Positions 1 through 11,612 of a stretch of DNA of 64,000 bases are shown here, one piece after another. A model generated the notes under the pieces. The model saw only the letters and a program-made list of their open reading frames with translations. It was not told the origin of the DNA and did not search any database. How positions within the stretch are numbered: the stretch's first letter is position 1; every line of letters begins with the position of its first letter. The position numbers and the translations under genes were made by a program. Source of the stretch: an uncultured Nitrososphaeraceae archaeon (lineage in GTDB: Archaea; Thermoproteota; Nitrososphaeria; Nitrososphaerales; Nitrososphaeraceae); NCBI GenBank assembly GCA_963825865.1, contig CAWGVG010000021.1, positions 96,001 through 160,000 of the forward strand. The letters are read 5' to 3'.

Positions 1-312
1 TGACAGACTGGAGCTAATCCAATTCTATGAATCTGAGTTAGGACAGGCTATATACTCTTGGAGAAGTAAATCAATAGAACCATTAATAGAGCATATTAAA
101 TCTGTTTTTAGAATAGACCCATTACCGGTAAGAGGATATCAGATGGCTGCTGGAATAGTACTTCTGTCAGTACTACTGTATCAAATCCTTGTCTACTACA
201 ATTATAAAACCAGACGTAGTCAACGACCAAAAGCAATCAAACACATGTTATGTAGTTAATGCATCACTAAATGATAGGTGAAAAATGTAGAATTGAATTA
301 TGCCCATGTCTC
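1..312 (+). mobile_element. 3' end of a DDE-type IS, a diverged copy of the element at 13966-15146
   Basis: The transposase C-terminus (...IEPLIEHIKSVFRIDPLPVRGY...IKHMLCS*) and the right end TTATGCCCATGTCTC match the other two copies, with scattered substitutions. Confidence 0.9.
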
Positions 313-406
313 ATGTAATTGGTGTTTTTATTTTAATATTGATAATAAATGTTGAGTATGAGTAATAATGTTATTTAAACTCCTGTATGATTTTTTATAA
401 AAGTTG

Positions 407-838
407 TTAATGCTGACCGCAGATCTGGAATGCAAACATAATGTAGCCGGCAATCTTGCCAGAAAGTCTATAAGGATAGAAGTTGTTAGTATCTTTTGGC
501 ATAAGCTCGTATTTTAACGCTGCAGCATCTATTTTCGATAACTGTAATTCAGTCAGGCGTTCTTCCAATGTTTTGTTCCAGGGTAACTGAGGAAGCGGAT
601 TTTTCTTAATGACGATCATTGCAACTATTCTGTTTGGTTCTTCTCTATCAACAATAATAGAATAATTGTGATCACTCTTATCGTCAAATGGGTCTGGCAT
701 AGTATATGGATCAATTTCAATGTATTTTTCTAGACGATCCCTCAGGGAATCAGCTAATCCACTCATTATAGCAATATCAATTACTGTTAACTTTTTAACT
801 TCTTCAGGTGTGGGTGGTTTTAGATAAGTTGCTAACAT
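407..838 (-). CDS. hypothetical protein
   Basis: Intact 143-aa ORF with an AT-rich upstream region; no motif recognised. Confidence 0.6.
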   Translation of the reverse strand: MLATYLKPPTPEEVKKLTVIDIAIMSGLADSLRDRLEKYIEIDPYTMPDPFDDKSDHNYSIIVDREEPNRIVAMIVIKKNPLPQLPWNKTLEERLTELQLSKIDAAALKYELMPKDTNNFYPYRLSGKIAGYIMFAFQICGQH

Positions 839-1044
839 ACATTGTCATAACAATCATCATTATATATTTTTTGATCTAGGTTGAATACTGGTATGGTTGG
901 AATAAACTTGTTTTGGGAATATGTAAAAGAATGCCAAGTTGCTTTCAAAAGTATTTATTGAATATATATTTTATTCGATATGTATTGTGTGTATTTGCTA
1001 ATGCTGGAAAAAGCATTAAATTGCAATATCTTGTCAAGGACAAT

Positions 1045-1163
1045 GCCGGGTAACCGAAGCTAGGTAAGTCATAGAACCCTAAAAGGGGTCAGCCTCGAGA
1101 TCCAATACTGATGCGCTAGCTGATGTCCTTCGGGACTCGTGGGTTCAAATCCCACTCCCGGCG
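1045..1163 (+). tRNA. tRNA-Ser(CGA) with two introns (D-loop ~1067-1083; canonical 37/38 at 1100-1117)
   Basis: Acceptor GCCGGG/CCCGGC+G; anticodon stem TCAGC/GCTGA with loop CT-CGA-G|A; long variable arm GTCC-TTCG-GGAC; T arm GTGGG-TTCAAAT-CCCAC. The 5' acceptor strand appears one base short. Confidence 0.85.
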
Positions 1164-1529
1164 CCTTATACACCAATTACCTAAAGCCCAATTATGCTTT
1201 AGTATATCTATTATGATAGATCATAGAATGCTAATATTCTAAATGTATGATATACTACAAACTATATAACAACACACATCTTTTATTCAAAATTTACGTT
1301 TAAAGTACTCGAATACATATTTTCCTTTTTTGGATGAACCAATCACATTGGGAGTTCTGACATTAAAATATTGATAATGGCACATACTATGACCATATTG
1401 GATATGGGCTTATGGGTTGTCTCTGACCTCTACGAAATGTTAAATCTACTATTTTATGTGTTTTATATTAAAATGTAGATAATTGATACATAATTTATAA
1501 TAGATAACTACTAATATGGAAAAAATAAA

Positions 1530-1727
1530 ATGATTATTTACATGCCAAAGGCACGAATTTCTATTACTATAGATAGCAAAACTGCTCGTGAGATTGAGGA
1601 TTACTATCGCACTAGGGTAAAGACAGCTGCTGAAAATGAAGATTCTATTCCTAAATTATCTAATGTCTATGAAGAAATCGTCATGTTGGGATGGGAATCT
1701 GTAAAGAAGAATCTCAGGAAAAAGTAA
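1530..1727 (+). CDS. small ribbon-helix-helix-like protein
   Basis: N-terminal alternating strand KARISITID followed by helices. Confidence 0.6.
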   Translation: MIIYMPKARISITIDSKTAREIEDYYRTRVKTAAENEDSIPKLSNVYEEIVMLGWESVKKNLRKK

Positions 1728-1755
1728 AAATCTTTCTATTATCTAACCCATATGA

Positions 1756-2782
1756 ATGGGATCAGATCTAAAACCGCTTATAGCGCCTTCTCCTATAATG
1801 ATATCGGGACTATCAGATAAGGTGGTGGCAGTTGATGCATATAATACAATTTATCAATTTCTTGCAACAATTCGTGGCCCAACAGGAGAATTACTTACAA
1901 ATGCCCAAGGTGACGTAACGAGCCACCTGAGTGGTTTATTCTACCGTAATATCAATTTGTTAGCAGATAATATAAAACTTATTTATGTTTTTGATGGCAA
2001 GCCTAATCTGTTAAAGTCAAAAGAAATTGAACGGAGACGCCAAATAAAACATGAAGCATCTGAAAAATATCAGGAAGCGATGACAGAAGGCAGGTTTGAA
2101 GATGCACGAAAGTACAGCCAAGCCTACCTCTATTTTAACAGATAAAATGGTAGAAGAATCAAAAAAGATCCTGACTCTTCTTGGGATCCCGTATGTTCAG
2201 GCTCCATCTGAAGGAGAAGCCGCTGCTGCTTACATAACGAATCAGGGCATAGCATTTACCTGTGCAAGCCAAGATTATGATTCGCTATTGTTTGGCGCCA
2301 ACAGACTGACGCGCAACCTGGCAATCAGTGGCAAGAGAAAAGTCCACAATAGAAAAATGTATATTGATATTGAGCCAGAAATTATTGAGCATCAACGGCT
2401 TCTCAATCAAACTAAATTGACACATGAACAATTAGTAGATGTAGGAATTTTAATAGGTACTGACTTTAATCCAGGAGGCTTTGTGGGCATTGGGCCCAAA
2501 ACTGCTCTGAAGTTGGTTCGAGAATATGGTAAATTAGAAAATATTGAAAAAATTAAAGGTTTATTACCTGATATTCCATATCAAGAAATACGAAACATCT
2601 TTCTAAATCCGGAAGTTCCAAAGGTGAATGATATACAATTCAATGAAGTAAATTACACCAGTATCCTTGATTTTCTATGCATTGAAAAAAGTTTTTCTGA
2701 AAACCGTGTAACTGGAACTCTAGAAAAACTTAAAAAATCAATTGCAATTCGTAATCAATCGTTAGAAAAGTGGTTTGGATAG
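1756..2782 (+). CDS. fen: flap endonuclease 1 (split by one frameshift near 2120-2145)
   Basis: Motifs VDAYNTIYQFL, YVFDG, APSEGEA, SQDYDSLLFG and GTDFNPGG..GIGPKTAL, plus C-terminal PIP box QSLEKWF. Confidence 0.95.
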
Positions 2783-4431
2783 TTAACTTAATTCGAGTCT
2801 TTTCTTTTCAACATTTTTTTCAGCATCGAGTCTTTCTAGTTCATATTTGCTTAAGTCAACAAATTTCATTCCATCTGCAAGTACCGGATGAACATGCTTT
2901 ATCTGACCAAACATTTTCTGGCACGCATAGCGATAATCTGGATGTCCTTGAGGAACAGTTCGTAGTTCGATCATATGACATGCTTCACGTAGATTGACCT
3001 TGATAAAATATGGATACCTATACGCAAAATTAACAATATACTGAGTCTGCTTCAGGCATATTCTTTGAAATAATTTCATAGACTTCGTTACATTTGTACA
3101 TGCAATCTTTGTAGTCTTTCGCAATATCAAAACCAATGATCTCTGCAGGAATATCATATCCATGCTTAGTGGAGAGCAGCTGCCTTTCCATAGTTAGAAT
3201 TCTATGGCGATGCAGGTCACGGAACATACCAAAATTTGTAAACATTTCAAATGTATATTCTACCATCTCAAATGCTCTACCAGGGCGATCTCTTCGATTA
3301 GTCCGGAATTTTGTATATGCTTGAATTATTTTCTGTCTGTCTTCTGGCATAATAAACCTGATATATTGTGTAATCTTTTCAAGAGACTGACCTTCTGCAT
3401 ATTCGTACAGTATGGCAGAGGCTACTTTTATTTCTGCTTCTGAGTTGTCTTCAAAATTCAGCAGTTTTACAGATTGTGGATCTTCCAATACTTTGATATT
3501 TTTTATATGATATCGAGCAAGTTCAGCGATCGTGTTTCGTGTACTTACGAGGTAGGATTGAAAGGTCTTACCATGCTTATCATTTGCTCTCTTTACAAAA
3601 GCCGGAATAACTATGTTAAGTTCTCTATGCAGTTGATCCGCCATCTTTTTTATTTCATTCAAATTTGAGGCAAACATTGTCGATAGCAAATATTCAAATG
3701 CCCTACCATTTCCTGTAATGCCTAGATTTGTGAGCGTAGATGCTGGCAAAAGTCCACGAAGAACATCAAGCGACTTGGCCTTAATCGTTGACTTATAGAT
3801 CCGTCCCGCGGATTCAATATCTTTACTCGATTTCAAATTACCGTAGGGTATATCTTGTTTTGACATAGAATCAAAAAAGGGAAATCGATCAATTGGCTCC
3901 ATTTCTGAAATAAATTTCTGCAGTGGCTGAATATTTTTACTATACTCATCAAAAGCATGATCGCAAGCCTGAAGGTATAGATCAGCATGCGATGATGCCA
4001 TAATGGCCTCTTCTCTACAGGTACTTGTACCGACCATTAACTTGTTGATTAAATGCTACATAACGTGAGGATTTTTCAAGATATGAAAGCCCAATTCTAT
4101 GGTCTTCGATTTTTTTAGCAGCAATATTTGAAACCCATTCTATTGCAACCTGAGCTTCCCCTAGTTCTGCGACAGAATCGTCTCCATACTCTAATAGTAC
4201 GCGTTCATAGAATTCTTCTCCTCTATTTGGATTCTTGGCAAATTCCTCAAGAAAAATACGCCGCATTGTCTTATCTGTCCTAGAATATCTTGACATTAAT
4301 GCTCCTCTGTCTACCTGTCTCGGTGTGATTATTGCAAAAACTGTTTTATCATTATTGGAAAAATGCGAATTAAGAATAGATTTTTCTTCATCAGAAAAAT
4401 TATCGTAAAACTGTGGATTGTTATTAGTCAT
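2783..4431 (-). CDS. thyX: FAD-dependent thymidylate synthase, long two-domain form (three ORF pieces)
   Basis: [31 protein letters not shown] and [13 protein letters not shown] across ORFs 4015-4431, 3030-4037 and 2783-3163. Confidence 0.88.
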
Positions 4432-4574
4432 AAATAGTCATAATTCGTAACAATCTGTGATAAAAATGTAGTATATCTAAACATATTTATCAAAGTCTGC
4501 TTTATCCTCTTCCTAACACTTTATAATATAGAATCATCAGCCCTAATGAAAGAAAATTCTGCTGTACCTCCCCT

Positions 4575-5483
4575 GTGTGTGCCATGAATGGTAAAATGGT
4601 CTTACTAAATAATGCAACAATTTTGACAATGTTACCATTATATCTATTTATCAAACGGGGTTGTATGAGTGAACTAAAGCTCGAATTTGTAGGTAAACAA
4701 GTCAAAGATATGTATGGTACTTTCATGGGAAAAGTAGTAGGCATGGTGACAGACAGCGATGGTTCAATCGAATCTGTCGGTGTAGATTGTGGTTCTATTG
4801 GTTTAAAGCACTTAGCATATGAACAATTGTTAGTTCAGGGAGATTATGTAATCTACATTCCTAGATGGAGATTGGATGCACAAAAACTATTAAGACAGAA
4901 AAATCTTACTCTGAAGAGAATAAAGGCTCTTCAAGATATAGTTACAGAAAATGATTTGATGAAAGATGACGCTGAACTGGTTTATATAAAATATGAAAAG
5001 AGACTGCATGACATTGAAGAAAATGAAAAATTTGTTAATGAAAAATTGCAAATAAGGTTAAATGAATTAGAAGCAGAAAGTAAAAGCATCAAAGCAGTGT
5101 TGTTTGACGCAAAACTACAGTATAGAAGCAATGAGGTGACAGAGGAGATATATCAACAAATCAGCATATATACAAATGAATTATTAGAACACATCAACCT
5201 TGAAAGGGCTGAAATCAACAACGTCAAGACAAGGCTCTCTAAGCAAACCTTGGAAAATACCGTTTTAACAACACCGAACAACATATCAAATACTCAAGGA
5301 CCAACAACAATTACTACTATTCCCGAATCTAATTTACAACAGGAATCTAATAAACAAAATGAAACGACACCTCAAATCATAGACACAGCAGATTCGCCGA
5401 CACCCGACGACGAGAAAGTTACTGTGAACTCTAATGGTGAAACAGAAACAAATTGGCTAAACCAAGTAATTTCAAATGATTGA
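4575..5483 (+). CDS. cdvA: CdvA-like cell division protein (start probably at MSELKLE)
   Basis: PRC-barrel-like N-terminus FVGKQVKDMYGTFMGKVVG, then a long coiled coil and a low-complexity tail. Confidence 0.8.
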   Translation: MCAMNGKMVLLNNATILTMLPLYLFIKRGCMSELKLEFVGKQVKDMYGTFMGKVVGMVTDSDGSIESVGVDCGSIGLKHLAYEQLLVQGDYVIYIPRWRLDAQKLLRQKNLTLKRIKALQDIVTENDLMKDDAELVYIKYEKRLHDIEENEKFVNEKLQIRLNELEAESKSIKAVLFDAKLQYRSNEVTEEIYQQISIYTNELLEHINLERAEINNVKTRLSKQTLENTVLTTPNNISNTQGPTTITTIPESNLQQESNKQNETTPQIIDTADSPTPDDEKVTVNSNGETETNWLNQVISND

Positions 5484-5592
5484 TTACATGATATGTTTAA
5501 TTAGTGGCAGGTAGCTTTTATATTAAAAGCTTCTCACTATGTTTTTATTAGAGTATTTTAAAAAATATATAAAAGACTTCCGAAAAGATGTT

Positions 5593-5856
5593 TTATTTTT
5601 CTTGTTTCGGTGAAGTCTGTAGAAGCTCGCCTATCTCATTATGCATCTTCAGAAAGTTTAATCCCTTCTCAGTAGTCTTGTATGTCTGAGAGCCTTCTAA
5701 ATACTCCAACAAATTGTTTTCAATGAGTACGGAAAGGTATTCCCTTAACTGTGCATAGCTAAGAAAGGCTTTATACATAATTTTTGTCTTAGTTGCCCCA
5801 CCATTTGCTGCCTCTAGGATCATTGCTACTATTTCTGTTCTACTTCTGTATTTCAC
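5593..5856 (-). CDS. small winged-helix transcription regulator
   Basis: MKYRSRTEIVAMILEAANGGATKTKIMYKAFLSYAQLREYL...TTEKG archaeal wHTH signature. Confidence 0.88.
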   Translation of the reverse strand: MKYRSRTEIVAMILEAANGGATKTKIMYKAFLSYAQLREYLSVLIENNLLEYLEGSQTYKTTEKGLNFLKMHNEIGELLQTSPKQEK

Positions 5857-6088
5857 GTTTAAAATACACTGGATTTCTTTATTTTAATATATTGACACAT
5901 TATCTAGTAACAAAATTATATATAAACACTACTTTTTAGTGAACTATATAAATAATCATAAATGGTCATTAATAAATGGAACAAAAGGTTCAATTTGTTT
6001 TAATTAAGGTTACTCTTGTATATGCCGGGCGTCTGATGGTTTGTCGCCATAATCCTTTTAAAATTATTCTTACCTCTTTTCTATATAA

Positions 6089-8045
6089 ATGACCAATCCG
6101 AATTTTAGTGAATTATCAAAAGGATATTGTGAAACTGAAAAAGTAACATTAGAAGGCAAAAAACTTGCTAAATTAAGAAGACAAGCAGCGGAAAACCCTG
6201 AACAGTTCTGGGCAGAACAGGCAAAAAATCTGGTCTGGTTCAGAGAATGGAAGAATGTCACTTGATTGGAATCATCCATTCGCAAAATGGTTTGTTGGTG
6301 GTACGTTAAACGCATCTGTTAACTGTCTTGATAGGCATGTTAATTCCGATGCAAAAAACAAGGCAGCAATAATCTGGGAAGGTGAAAATGGTGAGACCAG
6401 ATTGTTTACATATTATCAATTATACCGTACTGTTAACAAATTCGCCAATGCCCTGAAAAATCTCGGAGTCAAAAAAGGTGACCGTGTTACAATTTACCTT
6501 CCTATGGTTCCTGAGCTTCCAATTGCGATGCTAGCATGTTCAAGAATTGGTGCAGTACACATTGTTGTTTTCTCTGGCTTCAGGTACTCAAGCGTTATCT
6601 GATAGGATAAATGATTCAAAGTCTAAAGTTATCATAACTGCTGATGGTGGCTTCAGGAGAGGTAAACTTGTCGAACTAAAAAGGGTTGTAGATGAGACAG
6701 TTCCTTTTACACCGTCAGTAGAACACATTGTTGTTTTGAAAAGAGCCTCGAATGATATCAAGATGGACACAAAAGATTTATGGTGGCATGAAATAATTGA
6801 AAATGCACTACAATATTGCGAACCAGAAATTGTAGACAGTATACATCCCCTTTATATTCTGTACACTTCTGGTACACAGGCAAACCGAAGGGTGTATTGC
6901 ATAGCACTGGTGGCTATCTTACATATCTATATGCAACAGCTAAATGGGTTTTTGATTTTAGAAAGGAAGACATTTTCTTTTGTACCGCTGATATTGGATG
7001 GGTCACAGGTCATAGTTACATTGTTTACGCACCATTAATGCACGGCATTACTGAGATAATGTATGAAGGGTCTCCAGATTATCCAAAACCGGACAGATTT
7101 TGGTCTATCGTTGAAAAGCATGGTGCAACAATTCTATATACGACTCCTACTGCTCTCCGAATGTACATGAAATATGGAAATGATATCCCTGATTCGTTTG
7201 ATCTATCCTCGCTACGTCTATTGGGTACAGTCGGTGAGCCAATTAATCCAGAAGTATGGATGTGGTATTTCAAAACTATTGGAAAGGAAAATTGTCCTAT
7301 TGTTGATACATGGTGGCAAACTGAAACAGGCGGCATTATGATAAGTGCATGTACTGGGATCGAGAGCATTTCAATGAAACCTGGTTCTGGAACCTTTCCG
7401 TTACCTGGTATAGATGCAGGTATTGTTGATGAAAGCGGAAAACCAGTATCTCCAGATAGAAAGGGTTACCTTGTGATTAGAGGACCATGGCCTGGAATGC
7501 TGATGACAATCTGGGGAGATGACGAAAAATATCAAAATACTTATTGGAAAAAATTTGGAACCGCATACTATGCAGGCGATTATGCATTTTCAGATAGTGA
7601 TGGTTATCTCTGGCTTCTAGGCCGATCAGATGATGTACTCAAGGTATCGGGGCATAGACTTGGTACAATGGAACTAGAAAGTGCATTTATTTCACATAAA
7701 GCAATTGCAGAGGCTGCAGTAACCAGCAGACCGGACCAGAAAAAAGGAGAATCAATAATTGGGTTTTTAGTACTGCGAACAGGATTCTCAGAATCTGATA
7801 TGCTACGTAGAGAACTTACTAATCATATTAGAACTGTAGTAGGGCCAATTGCATCACCTGATGAAATTTATTTTGTCAACAAACTTCCCAAAACTAGAAG
7901 CGGAAAAATAATGCGGAGGTTACTCAAATCGATAGCAAGTGGAGCAGCAACACTCGGCGATGTAACAACACTAGAAGATGGGACGTCCATAGAAGAAATA
8001 AGGCAGGTCTACAATGATTTACATAAAGTAGTTGACACTACTTAG
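6089..8045 (+). CDS. acs: AMP-forming acetyl-CoA synthetase (several frameshifts)
   Basis: [55 protein letters not shown] and [12 protein letters not shown]. Confidence 0.92.
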
Positions 8046-8661
8046 TGATCCCAACTTGCAATATAAAAAGAACTAATGGATAAAATGCGGAACTCTTATT
8101 GGACAGGACAAGGAATTTACATGTCATGTAGTAATTAATAATACAGTTTGTATTTTTTCCACTCTATATAATCCCCCATGATGGATTCTTCTACAGTATC
8201 GAGTAACATTTAGTTTGCGATATTTAACTTATCATAATTCAGATTTTTTCTCTCTTCTGCTCTTTCCTCTCCTTTAATTCAGCAAACTCTAAATATACAC
8301 TCTGTAAAGAGGTTTATTTGTTCTATGTGTTTATATGTGTCTACTGAATGTTGTCACATTACATCGAGCTTCCAAGTCTTGCTTAACTGAATAGCAGTGG
8401 AGATGTGTGGAGATACGCCTGTTCTATATATGATGTGTTTATCATCATCTCTGAGCGTGCCTTATAGGAGCATAATAGTAGGTTATGGAAAGTATTACTA
8501 TCTTGCTAGTTGACCAACTGATAATAAACAATAGACATAATTAATAATAATTGACAAACACAGAAAGGGTATCAGATATAGAAGCTCACAGTTCCTGGTT
8601 CCAAAATAGAATAATGTTAATGACGCAAGAACACAAAAATAAATATAGAATTATTTGCTTA

Positions 8662-8922
8662 TTACTTTCTTACGCCATTTATAGAGATCATTTCATCGAA
8701 TTGGTTATACATTTGCAAAAGGCGTATACCTTTTTCTGTTGTTCTAAATAGTTGTCTTCCTTCTTCATAGTCTAATAAGCTATTTTCTAATCGAGCTGTT
8801 AGGTATTCTTTTAGCTGAGCATAGGACAGGAATGCCTTATACATTATTTTTGTCTTGATAACTCCACCGTTAGCGGCTTCTAGAATCAACCCAACTATAT
8901 CAGTTCTGCTTCTATATTTCAT
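8662..8922 (-). CDS. small winged-helix regulator, paralog of 5593-5856
   Basis: MKYRSRTDIVGLILEAANGGVIKTKIMYKAFLSYAQLKEYL...TTEKG. Confidence 0.85.
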   Translation of the reverse strand: MKYRSRTDIVGLILEAANGGVIKTKIMYKAFLSYAQLKEYLTARLENSLLDYEEGRQLFRTTEKGIRLLQMYNQFDEMISINGVRK

Positions 8923-9299
8923 AACAATGTTGTAATAAAAGATCAAGTATTTATGAGAAGCCAGTACTATTGATCATAGTATTCGATCGATGAAGTGATC
9001 ATTCTACTCAGATCGAAAATGCATTTAGCATCAAATCTAATTGATTGTAGTAGATTAACGAAATATAATAAGAACGGGAAGAGCGAGAACCTTGTATTTG
9101 TTTAATTAATAAACTCAGGTTTCCAGTTTTTTAAAAATAAACGTCGTAATTATAGTGATAATTGACGTAATAATTGGTATAAATAATTCATTTGATTCTC
9201 TCTTATTCTGGTTCTTAATGCTTCTTGAGTCAAAATTTGTCCCTCTTGTATCAGGGAAAAAGCTGACAAATATCTTAACAGCTTTAATGCACTCTTTAG

Positions 9300-10035
9300 T
9301 TACCTTCGTCCCCATTATCAATTATTCTGATTGAATAAATGTATGTTCTTCTCTTCTATGTATGTACGTCTAACTACCATGTTGTTTGTCTTAGATGACT
9401 TTGTTGTCCTTCATTAGATGATGGTAACAATGGTAATGACGATGATGATGTGCTAGAAGCATAGTCTGTAATAATTTTGTTTACACAATCTTTTACTAGT
9501 TTATTGTAAAGTTTTTCTGCTTCTTCTACTATCATAGTTACATTAGATTCCGTATGATAATCCTGTGATGATACTGTTTTTGTGAAGACATATTGTAAAA
9601 TTTAGCCTAGTTATTATTAGCAATTTTAAGAGGTCTAATGACATATTGTACACCAATACCTTCAACTTTCATCAATCTATACAAGTTTAGAAAAGAACCG
9701 ATATCATCTTTAATTTCTTCATAAATCTTATTAAAGTCGTTTAGTTGCTTTAGCTTCCAATACTCTTTGTAGTATTGTGCTACCCCCTGGCTCTTATGTT
9801 TGATGCAAAGACTTCTATTGGAGCCTTACCGTCGGAAAGAGTTTGTATGCTTGTGTTGATTGGGACATCTTTTGTGCTTGCTTTTGCTTCTTTCCTTCTT
9901 CTTTTCTTGCTCATCCAAAATAGCACCTATATCCCTAAATGACATCCTAACTTCTCGGGCTATTTAATACGTGTTTTTACCTTGATTGTAGAGGTTTAAA
10001 ACAAGTCTTTCCCTTTCCTGTCTTGATAATACATA
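9300..10035 (-). pseudogene. decayed HTH-containing hypothetical gene
   Basis: Hand translation gives LSRQERERLVLNLYNQGKNTY*IAREVRMSFRDIGAIL...QAYKLF...YYKEYWKLKQLNDFNKIYEEIKDDIGSFLNLY, with in-frame stops as well as frameshifts. Confidence 0.6.
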
Positions 10036-10482
10036 TCTATATGTTTATAATAAATACACAATAAAATAGAATCATAAACTGCCTATCACCTTCTACCAAT
10101 ATTATTATCCCTACTACCTCTATGTTACCACCTGCTATAATCTGTTACACCTGTTACCAGTAATAACTTTCTGAACTTCATCGTCTGGCATTAACAGATA
10201 CTCATTCAATCTCATTATTTTTTAATTCTGTCTTTAGTTGTATACCTCTGCTGTTATAATAAGTGACCAAACTTTGACCTTTCATTATGTTATAACGAGA
10301 TTATATGGCCCATTGAACGTTTTGGGAACGTTCAAGAAATTCCACAGGCTTAATTGCAACATGCCTAGTGTTATCATGACCTTTTAGTTGAATTCAGAAT
10401 ATAGCATGAATTTGAGGAGCTAGAATCCTTGCTATAGTATTCTATAATCTATAGTTTTTTATAAGCAATCGTATGATGATGG

Positions 10483-10694
10483 TTAGACATAATTCTCACC
10501 ACCAAAGATGTTTTGTAGTATTCTTGTAAACATCGACTCCTGGTAACATTTCAAATGTCCATACTCTTTTACTCCACCTGAGAAATTGTAATAATATAGC
10601 GCTCTCCTGCTTTGTTAACCTCTATGATATCTTTGCAAAGTCTGCATCTAATGAGAGTGGGAGCTTTTTCACTTGGATAGAGCATTTCTTTCAT
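10483..10694 (-). CDS. small putative zinc-binding protein (frameshifted)
   Basis: Hand translation gives MKEMLYPSEKAPTLIRCRLCKDIIEV, then after a shift GGVKEYGHLKCYQESMFTRILQNIFGGENYV*; CxxC...HxxC pattern. Confidence 0.4.
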
Positions 10695-11096
10695 TTAGAA
10701 TATCAATCTTATAAAAGAAAAATATGGCACATCTAAATGATTGATATAATATATTGGTTTCCTATTGTTCCTATAATTCTAACACAATCATCAGATGTAA
10801 ATCGAATTCCACTAAAAAACAGCAACAATACCAGTGAAATGACTGCTATCTTGAAGCCTACACAACTATGTCAATAGAGAAGCTGATAAAGTATACAACA
10901 AAATAGCAAAAGAGGAAGAGCTTAACAAAATTATTACTGATTACTCCACTAACATACCATCATCGCCGCCACAAAGTGAACAACAAACTCGTGTCTTCCA
11001 AAAACAAGCAGTAACAAATCAGACAAGGATATATACAAAAGAATATCTATTTGTTCGCCAAAATTATGTTCTGTTATCTTCAGAAGATAATAAATA

Positions 11097-11612
11097 TTAG
11101 ATCGAAATCATCGTCATCTTTGATTCCATTGTAATTTTATGTTCATCTATGAAGCCTGATGCTGCAGCAATCACATACTTAGCAGGCTTTGTATTTTTAT
11201 AAGTACAGTTAGATGCATCTAAGGTATTCTTACATGGCGACGCGTCCTTTACCATATACACTATATTCCCGCTTTCATCAAACCAGATCAGATCAAGATT
11301 ATATTCAATATTTAAGAGCCACATTGTGTACAAGTCCAGTTTATCATAAATTAGGATCATTGCAGAATTCAATGGTAGCCTTTCTTGTCTGAACATTAGC
11401 CATCTTTGTTTTTCTGCAGCAGATTTTGCAATTTCAACCTTAATTAAATTACCATTTATACTTGCTGTTCCTTGTGCAAAATCTAGACGCTTGTTTTTGA
11501 TTTCCGACGGAACAAAGGCAAGACCAATGGCCCCAATAGCGATGACTATTATAATCAATGGTACCAGAAGGGCTAACTTGCGAACCAAATTGTCATTGAA
11601 TAAGGTTTTCAA
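11097..11612 (-). CDS. DUF192-family membrane-anchored protein
   Basis: N-terminal TM helix, then KVEIAKS...WLMFRQ.LP...MILIY...MWLLN...LDLIWFD...PC....C..Y....AKYVI. Confidence 0.8.
   Translation of the reverse strand: MKTLFNDNLVRKLALLVPLIIIVIAIGAIGLAFVPSEIKNKRLDFAQGTASINGNLIKVEIAKSAAEKQRWLMFRQERLPLNSAMILIYDKLDLYTMWLLNIEYNLDLIWFDESGNIVYMVKDASPCKNTLDASNCTYKNTKPAKYVIAAASGFIDEHKITMESKMTMISI

Noticed and set aside
1045-1163. tRNA-Ser as the integration site of the 36-48 kb element
   Set aside because: I found no copy of its 3' end elsewhere in the window, and it is ~35 kb away.
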